Assembly (NCBI GenBank): GCA_030390025.1
Contig: CM059446.1
Coordinates: 51,336,001 to 51,400,000, forward strand
Direction: 5' to 3'
Origin: Squalus acanthias
Taxonomy: Eukaryota
DNA: 64,000 bases
Part shown: positions 47,951 to 60,840 of the stretch, in pieces
Layout of the letters: each line of letters opens with the position of its first letter
Numbering within the stretch: the first letter of the stretch is position 1
Translations under genes and position numbers: made by a program
The notes under the pieces: model-generated
Database searches by the model: none
Told to the model about the DNA's origin: nothing
What the model saw: the letters and a program-made list of their open reading frames with translations, nothing else

Positions 47951-49004
47951 GTTGAATAATTTTGTGCAAGAAGAAAATGGATACATATATTTGCCCCAAT
48001 TATACTATAATTTCTCTTGCAATGTGGTGTCTACGGTTCATGTGTCATTGAGGCCTCCAAATGAACCCCGTATAAACATGACATAAGATCCTGTGTTATA
48101 CCGTGGTGCGAGCCATTAAGCTATATGTGAAAATAAAAAGGTTTCAATTTCACAATGTCAAAGAAATGTATCATGAACTCTGCCAAAACCCTCAGAGCTC
48201 AAAGTATAAGGATCGATAGTGTTGAGGTAGACCCATGCCTCTTCCCCAAACCCCTGCAGTGTCCAGTGGCATTGAATATCTGGTGTTAAATCAGCATAGA
48301 AGTAATGCTTAAAAGCAACTCGCTAGGCATTGAGTATATGTGTGTTTAATAGACATTGTGTGCCCACAGGCACCTCCACTCACTATTTTTGTCCTCTCCA
48401 TTCTGTTCTCCTTGTTTTCTCTATCAGAAGGCAACAGGACAGGCAAGCTGACCTCTGCCCAGTACCTCCCTATTGTGACACTCCTGAGTATGGGTAGTTA
48501 GAGGATGGGGCACTTGAGTCTGCACGTTGTGTCACTGTTAGACTTTCCACCCCACCCCCCCCGCTCCTGTCTAATTTTGCATCACAAATTTGAGGCTCAC
48601 CAGTTGGTTTGGCATTTGTTTTTTTTTGTATTTCTCTGATTTAGACTTCTTCAGCGTTCCTGAAGGACACTTGCAAGGACTGGAGGGGGCGGCAGAGGTG
48701 ACCCTCAGTTTTAAAAACCAATGGCATCGCTCGTCATTACATCGGGTAAGAAACTCAGAGGCTGGGTTTAGTAAATGGTCAACAGTGCCATAGAGTCTCA
48801 TCAAATCCCTAAACCCATTCATAAGCCCCTCCCCCCATCCCCCCCGCTGAGTACTGAGTTTCACTGCATTGTGCAGCTGTTGTCTAGACTAGTATCTGAG
48901 CTCAACCCTGACTTTTTCTAAATCGAGTAAAATGACTGATATGGCTCTGAAATAAACACGTCATTTATTTAAAAAAAATAGGATTAGAAGATACTTTGTG
49001 TATT

Positions 49005-49390
49005 TTTTCCTCTCTCCAATTTTCTCCCTTCCTCTTCTGACTCATGCTGGGTTATGGATTCCATGGGCACCAGCCACTTTCTGATGCCTCACCTAATGTG
49101 TCCATCCTTAGTGTGTGTGCATAGGAGGTGCGTGTCAGTAGACTATTCAATGGAGGCATTACTGCCAAGCTCGACCTTGTCCTCGCCCGATACAGGAGCA
49201 CTTTCCAGCAGGAGTCACTGGATAGTGATCAGGAACATGAGCCTTCTCAAACTCAGGAGAACTGAGGCCAGTTGTTCCATCCCTGCTTCAGCCTGCGATC
49301 AACTATCTCAGCATAGACCGGCAATGGACCATGTTGGGTCTGTGTGGCTCAGAACCAACTGGTGCATACACCCACTGAGCCATCAGACAG
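49005..49390 (-). mobile_element. Near full-length AmnSINE2-like tRNA SINE
   Basis: Minus-strand A box GATGGCTCAGTGGG at the right end; ctgatcactatccagtgactcctgctggaaagtg core; purine-rich tail. Confidence 0.7.
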
Positions 49391-49688
49391 CCCTTTAATT
49401 TTAATTTTTTTCCTAATTTTATCTTATATAATTACAAACAAATTGAAATAGATGTTTAATAAACAGCAGGACCAGGTATGATTAGCTGAATTACTGGCTT
49501 CAGCTGTGTTTCTTTGGGACAGTAGTAAGCAGCGGCCAGAGTCTCTCCATGGAGAAAGATGGAAATCAGAAGAGTGAGAGTAATCCTTGTGCCTGGCTCT
49601 CTCTCGCACACTTCCTAACTGCAGGTTTCCACTTCATCCTGAGCAATTCTCTGACACCTTCTCACTGGCATCTCCCTGCTTTTTCCCA

Positions 49689-50369
49689 GCCCATTCTCTC
49701 ACACATCCTCACTCCTGATTCCGAGCTTATCCCATGCCCATTCTCTCACACATCCTCACTCCTGATTCCGAGCTCATCCCATGCCCATTCTCTTACACAG
49801 TCTCACTCCTGATTCCGAGCTTCTCCCCAGCCCATTCTCTCACACGCCCTCACTCCTGATTCCGAGCTTATCAGAAGCCCATTCTCTAACGCAGTCTCAC
49901 TCCTGATTCCGAGTTTATCCCATGTCCATTCTCTCACATGGTCTCACTCCTGATTCCGAGCTTCTCCCCAGCCCATTCTCTCACACGCCCTCACTCCTGA
50001 TTCCGAGCTTATCAGAAGCCCATTCTCTAACGCAGTCTCACTCCTGATTCCGAGTTTATCCCATGTCCATTCTCTCACATGGTCTCACTCCTGATTCCGA
50101 GCTTCTCCCCAGCCCATTCTCTCACATGGTCTCACTCCTGATACCTAGCTTATCCCATGCCCATTCTCTAACGCAGTCTCACTCCTGATTCCGAGCTTAT
50201 TCCATGCCCATTCTCTCACACGGTCTCACTCCTGATTCCGAGCTTCTCCCCAGCCCATTCTCTCACTTGCCTTCACTCCTGATTCCTAGCTTATTCCATG
50301 CCCATTCTCTAACGCAGTCTCACTCCTGATTCCGAGCTTATCCCATGCCCATTCTCTCACACGCCCTCA
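49689..50369. repeat. Minisatellite, 47-bp unit, ~14.5 copies
   Basis: Unit GCCCATTCTCTCACACNNTCTCACTCCTGATTCCGAGCTTATCCCAT; unit starts at 49689, 49736, 49783, 49830... Confidence 0.97.
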
Positions 50370-51091
50370 CTGGCAGCTCACAACAGTATTGATAGACTTG
50401 GCAACTGGTCTTGGTGACAGTCGGAGAGTGCTATATGGAGAGCCGTGGGGAGGAAAAACAAGGAAAATAGAGTCATTACAATCTGTTTCCCTGACATAAA
50501 AAAAATAATTGTAAGATAAATTATTGGAGCCCATGACAATTAAGATGTTCCTTCCACTGCAAATCATAATTAAAATGTTCTTACACCCTGTAATAGTATA
50601 TGAATTAATAGCATAGGAATTCATGTTTGCAATATTAACATTCAAAAGCTTAACGTGTTTGTGTGATATTCTCCTGTCTGGTGCTCTAACGCAGCATCAA
50701 CCTGTTCAAAATGGACTAATGTCCCGATTAATCTAGTGGCCAGAGGGGTTGTTGTACAACTGTGTTAAGCTTCCGTGTGTTAGTTTTGTAGACATGAATT
50801 TCAAGTCTAAATATCATGTAGAATATCCCTGTGGCATTCTGTGCTGGGGGTCAACCCACAGCCTCCTCACTCTCAATTCATAAATGGCACCATTGAAGGT
50901 AGCTTTTGATATGACCAGAATGATGGACACTGGTAGAAGGAAGGTGTAAAACTCTTAGGCATGGAAGGTGTGAAACTGACTCTGCTCTGATTACTATGTT
51001 TTAAAATCTGGCCCATTATTTCGATGGCCCCCCCCCCTCCCCCCCCCCCCCCCCCCCCCCCACCCCCCCACCTCCCCACCCCGCACACATA

Positions 51092-51985
51092 TTATGGCTC
51101 AGTTGGTAAATACACTGTCTGATGTGAGCCATACCAACCAGGAAAGTTCCATGTTCGATCCCTGACTTTGCTGGTCCCAGCTGGGGCAGCAGTATGGGAG
51201 TTACAATTATCCTTAGTGCCCCGGGTTCTTCTTTATCTTCCGTGTCTAACAGCACATGAGGCAACCCTGTTTCTTCCACTGCTTTTAGATCCAGCAGATC
51301 ATACTCTGGGTTGTTTCTGTAAGGAGTACCCCCTTTTTAGGTGGACAGTTCATTCGCTTGACTAAGGCCCCTGGGTTAGGGAGGAGGAAAAATCATCCAG
51401 GGTATCCCGCTCCTGATCACAGTTACTGATTCCTGCCAGAAAGCACACGTTCATCATGTGAGGACAGGATCTGGCTCAACGGTAACAACTTGCACTTTAG
51501 TGTAACAAACATCCCAAGGTGTGCCCCAGAAGGAAAAGGAGTAGGGGGTTGGGGGTTGGTGAGAGCAGATAAGCTGCAGTAGAAGAAGACTTAGGGCAGG
51601 TGACCAAAGGTGAAGTAAGGTCAACGTAGTAGGTCTTCTGGGGGTTTCTGAAGACATCGAAAGGAGTAATAAGGTGGAAGGGTTTAGCGAGAGAGTTCAG
51701 TGTGGGGCCGAGATGACTGAAGGCTCTGCCACCTATGGTTGGGGGGGTGGGGGAAGATGCCCAGTCGGGCAACGCTGGAATATTGGAGGGTTTGAGCTGG
51801 GGCATCGAGCATAGCTGTGATGTCCTCCTCCCCCCGCCTCCATGATCGAATACCCTGCCAGCACTGACCACCTAGATCCACACAGCAAGAATGATCACTT
51901 GGGTGAAGTACCAGAGGGCTCCTGGCACCAGTGAAACGGTAACCCCAGAAAAAGCCAGCACCAGGAGGTGAGGACAGGAGGGAAT
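51092..51985 (+). mobile_element. Full-length AmnSINE2-like SINE split by two insertions
   Basis: A box TGGCTCAGTTGG and B box GTTCGATCC; body interrupted at ~51225-51365 and by an L2 3' end at ~51482-51810; resumes agctgtgatg...gaataccctgccagcac...tail. Confidence 0.65.
51482..51810 (-). mobile_element. L2 3' end
   Basis: Minus-strand TIGGRAFSHLGPTLNSL (L2 C-terminal GGRAFS...WNSLP) and tail. Confidence 0.75.
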
Positions 51986-53374
51986 TAGAGGGAACAATTA
52001 AAAACACACTTTGGAACAGGATGTGATTAATCCAGGCACCTCACATTTGAAATCAATGAATTATCACACTACTGGGTATTGATGTTATCATTCACGATAG
52101 TCAGATAAATATATCTACAGCATGTCCAGGGGCTCAATTTTGAAACATGTCCGTGAATCTTTTATCCCAATGATTGCAATCATCAACTCTTTTATTTTTC
52201 TTCTGCAAGCTAAATTTTCTGATCCAGATTCTAGAATTTTCCAACCAAGCTTCGTTATTAATTAGGAAACAAAAATTATAATGGGGTCATTACAAACAGA
52301 ATGAGAAATGATTGCAGAATAACGAGAAGAATGTGACCGCCATTTCCTTCTAGCTTTCCTCCCCTCCCCATTCCTCAGAATCTCACCTCCCAGTGAGGCC
52401 ATGTATCAATGAGACGCAGAACAGCAGTTCAGCAGAGCTAGGGCAAGACGTGAATGCTTGAGAGAATAACAGAATCATTGCTCCTATTTTCCAGCACATC
52501 CTTCGATATGAAAAAAAAAACCCAAATCAGCCTTGAAATCCTCTCTGAAGACTGCGATCTATTTTTTTTTCCCCTCGGTGAGACTGCACCGTGACCTTCT
52601 GAAAACATGAAGCTGCCGCTGTGAATCACGCACAGCAACGTGGCAGAAGGCAAGGGGATGCCAGCCTGAGTGGCCAGCCGGGTGCCATTTTGTGTAGAGA
52701 TGGCTCTTTGCTCTGCAGCCATCTTGAGGGGGGAAACCTGCAGCTTCTAAAATGGACGTAACGCCACTCAGTGTGGGCATAAGGTAGGCAACACAATTGT
52801 CAAATCCACGATCACGCTTTCCACTAACACCTCCCCCCCCCTTCCTCATTACACTAATTACCTAAGCAAGCAGCGATAAATGAAGCTCGGGTGACCCAAT
52901 CCTGTCTCTCGTATTCTTTCAAGCAGAAAATCTGCCCTCAATTTTAATTGAATTAACATTATTTCTGACTTCTTTGATCATTCCTACTATCCTTTTTATA
53001 GATGGGCGATGAATAACGTGCCCTGTATCTCTTCAGCATTTGCAGTGAATAAACTCGTTTGGGGATTTTAACCAAATAATTGGCGCCGTGTAAATAGTAT
53101 TTAAAGAGACAGTGTCTGCCTTTCCCTTCACCCCCAACTTAGATTGATACAATGGCGATTTTAAAAACAGCATCATACAAAAATATCACACTGTTTTAAG
53201 GTAAAGCAGAATTTTGTTAACTTTGAATATAAATCAAAGATTAACGGGAAATGCAAAAGAAAATTAAATTGCATCGATTCTTGGGTTTATAGGAATATTT
53301 ATGGTAACAATTTGACTGTTTTTAAAAAATTCTTTCTGTCCCTAGATATTTTCACACTCTGTTGTGTATTTTTT

Positions 53375-53625
53375 TACTGATTCTCTCCCCTATCCGCTCA
53401 CTGAAGTGCTAACTTTTTGCTGTTCCATGAGGTTCAGCCACTTGCTGGGGCCTTGCTCGAGTGGCACCTCTTTGCGTGCACACCCAGCAAAGTGAATGCT
53501 GGCAGGACAATCAGCCATGTAGGTCATCACATTCGACCACGATTCTGCCCTTGCACCATTTTCAGCATGGAGCCATGGGGAAAGAAATCAGGACCGGGAA
53601 TGCCGGCTGACTTTATTCGCCCCCA
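53375..53625 (-). mobile_element. AmnSINE2-like SINE fragment
   Basis: ttctctcccctatccgctcactgaagtgct tail; gtgaatgctggcaggac; tcaggaccgggaatgccggctga. Confidence 0.5.
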
Positions 53626-54104
53626 TCCACGGCGTTTCTCTTTAAAGAAGGTTTCCTTTCTGAATTTGTTGGGAGTTTAATATTTCTACTGAATGATTAT
53701 TCCACGTGATGCATTTAACCAGAATAAAATAATCACATGTTTTGTTGTCAATGTTAACCCTTTGACTACTGAATCCTTGGTGCAGGGAGTAGCATATTAT
53801 ACAGGGAAGTGGACCCATGACTGCTGCGACCGATGCCTTAAAGGGCCACAAGATTCCTAGCAACCTGTCATAGCAACAGCATGTGCCTTTTGCGTCATGG
53901 CACTTTGTCACATGGGGAGCCCGTCTCCAGAGCATGCACGCTTAAAATATAAAAAAAAACTGCATTTAATATCTTGAAGATATGGATGATGCTTAAACAC
54001 CAAAGAGGGTCTGTCCAGATGTGCTGCTCATTTTCACAATCAGTGGCTTCCTGTTAGGCTTTGTGCGTCGATCTGTACCAGCTGTTCGCTGCCCTCTGCC
54101 CAAT

Positions 54105-54370
54105 CTACTTTTTTTTCCCTGCACTTTTTTCCCCCCCTCCTCTTCTGAAGGTGTTGACTGTTGCTGAGAGCACAGGCCCACACACATCAGCCAGCCTCCA
54201 GAACCTCACTCAAGTGTCATTCTTCACGTCTGAGCATCAGCAGGCTATTCCACCATGGGAACATCACAGCTGGGCCCAACCCTGTCCTCACCCAACACCC
54301 ACACACACTTCCTTTGCATACAAGAGGCATTGCATTACAATCAAAGCAGAAAGCCAGATTGACTTTTAGT
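54105..54370 (-). mobile_element. AmnSINE2-like SINE (left arm of inverted pair)
   Basis: cttctgaaggtgttgact...cattcttcacgt...caggctattc...ccctgtcctcaccc. Confidence 0.65.
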
Positions 54371-54384
54371 TTAATTCGCTCTTT

Positions 54385-54600
54385 GAATGTGGGCAAGGCA
54401 TATTGTGGATGCTGGGTGAGGACAGGATTGGACACAATTGTGATGCCTCCAGAATAAAAGTAGCCCGTCAACACTACACTGTCCAGGAAGAATGGCCACT
54501 TAGAGGAGGCACTGGAGTTTTGTTGAAAAGCATGGAACTATACCCAGAACGAGTCACCGCCTTCAAGAAAGGAGAGCTTGAAATTTGGGGGAAACCAAAG
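54385..54600 (+). mobile_element. AmnSINE2-like SINE (right arm of inverted pair)
   Basis: gggtgaggacaggattgg...gaagaatggccactt...gagtcaccgccttcaagaaagg. Confidence 0.65.
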
Positions 54601-57600
54601 TGATGTTTTAACCAACCTTTCTCTTTAGTAGCTGAGAGTTGAAAATAAAAACCAGACTGTTGAACCCAGGTTAAGCCCAATGTTGGATATAAGGAACAAA
54701 CATGCTGTTTGTGAAGATATCATGATGCACCGCCTGCCTGGACCTAGCAAGCTTTGTTCTGTCTGTGCAGAGGGTGATGGTGGCGAAGGAGTAACGAAAC
54801 AAAAAAAGCCCTTCTGCAAAGCACAAATTAATACATTGATTCTGCTGTCCTTTTCCTATTTTATATAAAATTTTACATGTGGAAAACTACTTTTAAAAAT
54901 AGAATTAGGTACATCATATTCAAAATCACAAAGTCATAGAATTTTTAAAATTAACCAGGAATTTGGTGCTATTAAGAGAATAAAATATATCTTGTAAAAT
55001 TGTTTTGGAAAGAACATGGTGATTGAATATAAAACATGATGGGGTAGGAATCACCTGGGAAGATTTCCTGCATTTGTTTATCAAGAATAGGATTCTGATT
55101 TTGTTAAACACAGAGGAAATTCCTTCCCACATGTTGGGGATAGTTTTTGTAATGTTTTCGGAGCAGAAGAAAGATCATTTTGCCCCAGAAGGGCCATCCC
55201 TTTGTGGTTGATCTACAGGAGCAGAGAGAGTGTTCTGAATAGGGAAAGGCCATTCACGTGTGGCTATACGATTCAGTACTAATGCAATGCAGCCTGCTTT
55301 AGTAAGCTGCTGTTTGTGCTGGTCTGAGGCCTACCATGCATGAACAGCCTGGTTTCTCTAGTATTTTACATGCCCAGAAATAAACACTTGCCTGTGTCAA
55401 ATCATAACCTTTTTGTACATCTCTTCAGCGTAAACATTCGCCTGTTAAATATCATTCAATATGTAGAAAGCTACAACGATCCACTTTTACTTGAAAGACT
55501 CACCATCCATAATTTTAAAGTTCTGAGGCCCACGTCTTTCTTGTGTGCCTTTTGGCTTATTGTAAAAATATTGTTCTACACAAGTAACAGTGCCACCATT
55601 GTCTTTCTACTGAAGGTTGGAGATGAATGAGCAGAGATGGCTGCAGATACTTGTACTTATTCACAAAGGGGAATATTTTGAGGCACTGATATTAAATCTA
55701 TATAACTCCATAGGTTTTTGTAGCATCTTTTACACAGATTGAATGTTGATTTTTGCGCTAACCTGTAATTTCATTTGCATGATTATTATAAACTAAGTTG
55801 TACAGTTCAGGTATTGAGTGTCCAGTGGGCTCTGCTTCCCAGTAGCAAGGCACTGCCTCATAATCTCTAGAAACTATGAGCATTAAGCTTCAGATCACAA
55901 CACAGTTATTTCAAGAGTAGAGGTTTAGATGTCCGCTAAATTTTCAACTTTTAGGAGGATTATTGTCCCAATACGTCAACTATTATTCAGGCTAATCAGT
56001 TTTGATGCATTAACAATATACTTTTTTTTGGAACTACAGTAGTTATACACCAAAAAACAGTCAGTAGGAATTTGAGGCTATATGCCAGTTATCTGGACTT
56101 TGCTTCTGTCAGTTACTGTGGAATGTTATAGAAGGAGTTTATGGGCACACTACATTTGGCCAGAACCCTACCTGTGTGGTTCTGCAAGTGTCAAATATCA
56201 ATCAATCTGTCAACTTTATAAATGAATATTTTTTTGTTTGTGCTGTTCAATGTCTCGCATATTAAAATGTCCCCTGAATATGAACAGAATTTCAGGCTCG
56301 ATCATAGTTATATTTTTAAAAACCCTTACCTTGTTATACATTAAACAGCAGTTTATCACCATGTATTTCAGTTTAAAATGTCAGCTGTTTGCCCAGAGCA
56401 GGTATATAGAGCTGTCACAAAGAACATGTGAATAAGATGTTTTCAAAAGACATATTTGCAAAATCTTTACTTTTCTGACTTTGAACTAAATCTTGTCCCA
56501 TTTGCTGGTAGAAATGGACAGATTTATTGAGCCTAATTTCCTCCTAAGATTCCTTGTGTTCTCTCCCCTGTTTCTCAATCAATAGGAGAAAACTTAAAAC
56601 CTTATTTTAAAGTCGGATAGAATCCTTGTAAATAAACGAGAATTAATTATTTTGCAAATTTGCAAAAATGGAATTTATTCAGGTGTTTTAATAAAATATT
56701 TTTTTGGTGGGGGGTGGGGGGTGGAATTAATTTCAGCTGCAACAGCTAAATAAAACAAAGAGAATAAATTCTAATGACTGGCAATCCGGACTGCGAGGGT
56801 TCCCAGCGCAAACAGGGATGGCGTGGCAATGATCCGTGTTTCAAGATTGTAAACATCGGCCCCGATCACACGGAGATTATCAGAGAGAGAGAGAGGGAGA
56901 AATATAAGCAATGAAACAACTGCCTCTAATGAACAAAATCCTGACAAGCTGCCGTACATTAACATAATTACATGGAGTGAGAGCTTAGAGCCGCTGGCGA
57001 GCAGATTGCGAACAAACAATTAAAACAACAGTAGCCCCTTTGTCACCCTCATCATATGTACTCGGCGAGCATTTTTTTTTTAACACGTCGCACCATTTTA
57101 AACTTTGTCACATTTATTTCAAAATTGAAATTTAAAAATAATATAAAATAAGTTTTTTTAAAAAAGATAGAATTCCCTATGTCTTTTACACATTTGCAGC
57201 CCATGCAACAATGGTGTTGGTTAGATACAACAGAAGTGGGTTTTTTTTAAAAAAATTGCGGCCTAAAAAAAATTGTTTTAGGGAAAACGGTTTGGAATCA
57301 AAGAAATATTCCCCAATGGATATTCCGCACTGGATTAAAAACCGGAAGAATATTTGCAAAAGAAAGTAAATGTAGTTTGCCTTGCGTCAAAGTAGCTATT
57401 TTAACTTAATTCCTAGAAACGTTTTGCTTTTTTAAAAGCCCTTCCTGTAAGCTTAGAGCTGTATGTCCCTGGCATGCAGCTGCTAAATGAGAGGCCTTGA
57501 ATCCAGGAAATATAGGTGTGCATTTTTTGTTGTTTTTTTTTAACAGAAGGCATTCTCTGTTTCAGCACCGAGCTTTGCATCCTGTTGGTCTGAATGCAAG

Positions 57601-58149
57601 GGCAGCGAGATCCACAGTAAATGCACACCTTCCCGCTCGATTCTCTGTAATCATTAAGAATAATTATTCTTAATTGCATGCTCTTAGTGTTCGTTTTTAA
57701 AGCAGCTGATGCTCCTGCTGACTTTCTGCTTTCATAGTCTGTTATAACTATTATGCAAATACTGCAAGGCTTCCCCCACCCCCCCCCCACAGTTTTTTTT
57801 TACTGTTAGAGCAGAAAATGTGTTTTTAACCGAAGCTCCTTCATTATTTTTCTCCTCCTCACATGAGAAAAAAAACCTGAGGATATTTTGCTGCAGAAAA
57901 TGGTCCCCTCGCCCCCGCCCCAGCCCCCCCTCTGTTTCTGCATTTATAGCTGGTTAATCAAGACTGTGAGGGCTGGAACCGAGTTATTTCACGCCATGAA
58001 AAACTGTGGAATATTTTTTTTTCAGATGTTACTTATAGTTAAAGGATTCTTTCTGTCTGTCTGTCTGTCTCTCTCTCTCTCCGGGGTATGGTGATCCTGC
58101 AGCACATAGTATCCACATCTGAGCAGGCAGTTGGATGGACAAGTTCCTC

Positions 58150-58460
58150 CAAGGCCCCTGTTTGCGCTGCTGCCGCAGCTTAGAGGCCGTGTGAGCGCGA
58201 GGTGCGGTTTCGACCCTCTTGACTCTCCACCCATCCCACCACCGCGAGAAAATGCTTGGCCATCGCAGGGTACTTTCTCGCGATGTCACGGCTGAAACAG
58301 ATTCTGCTCGCCGATGAATCGACCACCGATGACGAAGCCACGTCGCGCGTCCACGTCTTTTGTTAAACGGCCTCAGTCGTGGGCGCTCCAATTAACGTTT
58401 AACTAAAACGCACCCTTTTAAGCATTTCAATTTAAATCGGCAAGAACATTTCCGACGGTT
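58150..58460. promoter_or_regulatory. Small CpG island
   Basis: Dense CpG (e.g. gtgagcgcgaggtgcgg, ccacgtcgcgcgtccacgtc) in TE-free context. Confidence 0.55.
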
Positions 58461-60589
58461 AGCTTACTTTGAGATTATGGCAAGTGATTGTGCCTAGTTC
58501 ATCCCTTTCCTTTGTAACATGTCTGGCTTTGCTTGCTGTGTGACAGAATGATGAGGACATGTGAATATGGCAGAGGAAATGGAGGATTCTGAAGACGTAA
58601 TCAAAACACGTCTTCAGATTTATTTTTAAAACATCTGCTGTGGAATTTTTTGAGCCAAATTTTCAAAACAATGTCATTGTCTTGTGCTTTTTTAAAATAG
58701 GTTAATGAGGTAATCTTTGTACCTGTGATTACTGAAATAATGTGAGTCGGGAAGGAAGGGGGTGCTGGTGGGGAATGCTATGATCCAGTCCAGCTTTGTG
58801 GCATCTATTTATTTATAATTTATAATATTTTGGATATTTTACTGCCAGCTCAAAGATTCTTTCCAAAGAGGGAGTGCCGGGGAGGAGACTGCCTTTTTTC
58901 CTGTGCTGCTGAGGGCTCAGATTTATTTTGATTGAGGCTGTTTTCACTACACGATGTTCTGAGCATCTCTATACGGATGTAAAACTGGGATTAAACTGCA
59001 ATTAAAATGCACAATCAGGCTGGCTAAGAGATGGGAATCCTTTATTCAAATTTCCTTGCAGACTGGGCTTTCCACAAAATTAGAACTGCAGCTTTCATTC
59101 AAGAGGAAACCCAGACAATATACACTTTATATATAACAAAAAATGCAAAGAAAAATAATCCTTTTGCAATACAGTGCACAAAAAAAAGGGTGCACACATC
59201 ACATGTTGCTGGCTTTGTGTGCAATTACAGAATGGACAAGTCGGTAGTTGGGATCGAGACAGCTTTTAACTATTAGGAAATTTGTGAAAAATATTATACC
59301 CGGCTGAGAATTCCTCATTTAAGGGTTGCACCTACATCAGGAATATTATATTGAAGAGAACGAATGGGATGCCACGTGGTAATTTGGAATTCTATGCATG
59401 CATTTTGAATTCCGCGTGGGTTGGCTCTGTATTTAGCCTTGTGCAAACCTCAATTAAATGACTGATGCCCTGAGGTAGCTCTGTCATTTTTACCCCGGGA
59501 TCTAGATTCACCAAAAAAAAAACACTTCAACAGAAGAATCAAAACTAAGGGAGAATCCAATGGAAAAACAATTTAAAAATATTTAAAAAAATAACAAACA
59601 GCCTTGCTCACCTGCAAATACGGAATAATCTCCCCATGGTAATTAATTCACAGTCACTGATTTGAATAATCACCCCATAGTAAGTAATTCACAGCGTCAA
59701 TGCTTTGACATCGAGAATATTTCTGCGGTAAATATCGCCCATATTTTATTCTCCTCATTTATTGGATGTGCACAATGTTAGCTACAGGCCCTCTATTATT
59801 ACTTTCAAATATCTGTGCTTTGTTTGCAACCCAAAAAAAATTCAAGGTCCAATAATCACAATTTTTTCAAAACTGTTAAATATCAGCTAGAATAATATAA
59901 ATCCTCTTCTTTAATATATATATTTTTTTCTATTCAATACTGGAGCCCAGTTTTGAGAAGGTTTGTAAAAAAATTTGTTCAAAATCTCTATTTTATGCGA
60001 TTGACCATTTTATTTTAAATTAAACCGTTCTATTTGCAGCGGAGGGGTGGTGGTGGTGGGGGGGGGGGAACGGGGGAGAGAATCAGAAATGGGGGGTGGA
60101 ATATTACTGTCGCTTAATCACTTTATTATTTAAATATCCTGAAATATTCATGGTTTCTATTTATCTCTCGCTAAATGATTTACAGCGCCGTGCATTTTTA
60201 CACAGGGAAGGAGAGGAGTGAGTCCCAGTTGGGCACCTGGTCCTGTGTACAGTGCGGTGCCAAGGCTGACTGTTTGCAACACTGCCGGAGTCATTTAACA
60301 AAAATCAAGATGGCTAACAAGGCCGTCACTGAGCGCTGATCTGCATAGTTAACTCCTTCACTGCTGGACTGGATTTCTTTTCCAGCTGGTTGCATAGCAA
60401 CAGATTAGTGCTCACCCAGTCGGGGCTGCAGCTGCATTTATGCACTCGGATTAATAATGCGCCAAGATTGTGGTGCTTTAGATTCCACCCCCCCCCCCAA
60501 CCACCCCCCCCCCCCCCCCCCCGGAGTGCGAGTGTTTTTTTACATTGCTAAGGTTTTTCTTTGTAGCGTCTATTGTTTCCCCACCCCCC

Positions 60590-60840
60590 TAATTTTTCCC
60601 CTCCTCTCATGAAGGTGTTGGCTCTTGCCAGAGTAAAAATCACAGATGGCAGCTACCCTCTCGTATCCTCATGTCTGCCTAGACGGCCAGTGTCAACAGG
60701 TTATTCTGTCATGGAGGGCAGCACAACCTAGGCGGGTTCTGTCCTCACTCCCGAGATGCGTAACTATCCACTTTCTGAGGAAGCAGAAACCCCCATTGAT
60801 TTTCACCTCCCTCTTAGTCCAGAGGCTCGAAAGTACAGCC
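60590..60840 (-). mobile_element. AmnSINE2-like SINE fragment
   Basis: tttttcccctcctctcatgaaggtgttggctcttg...ctgtcctcactc. Confidence 0.6.

Noticed and set aside
51027-51082. Long poly-C/G tracts (also ~19348, 21018, 21225, 22990, 60487, 61457) as G4 elements or poly-Gly/Pro coding
   Set aside because: Simple homopolymers, common throughout this window and prone to sequencing length error; no specific function can be supported.
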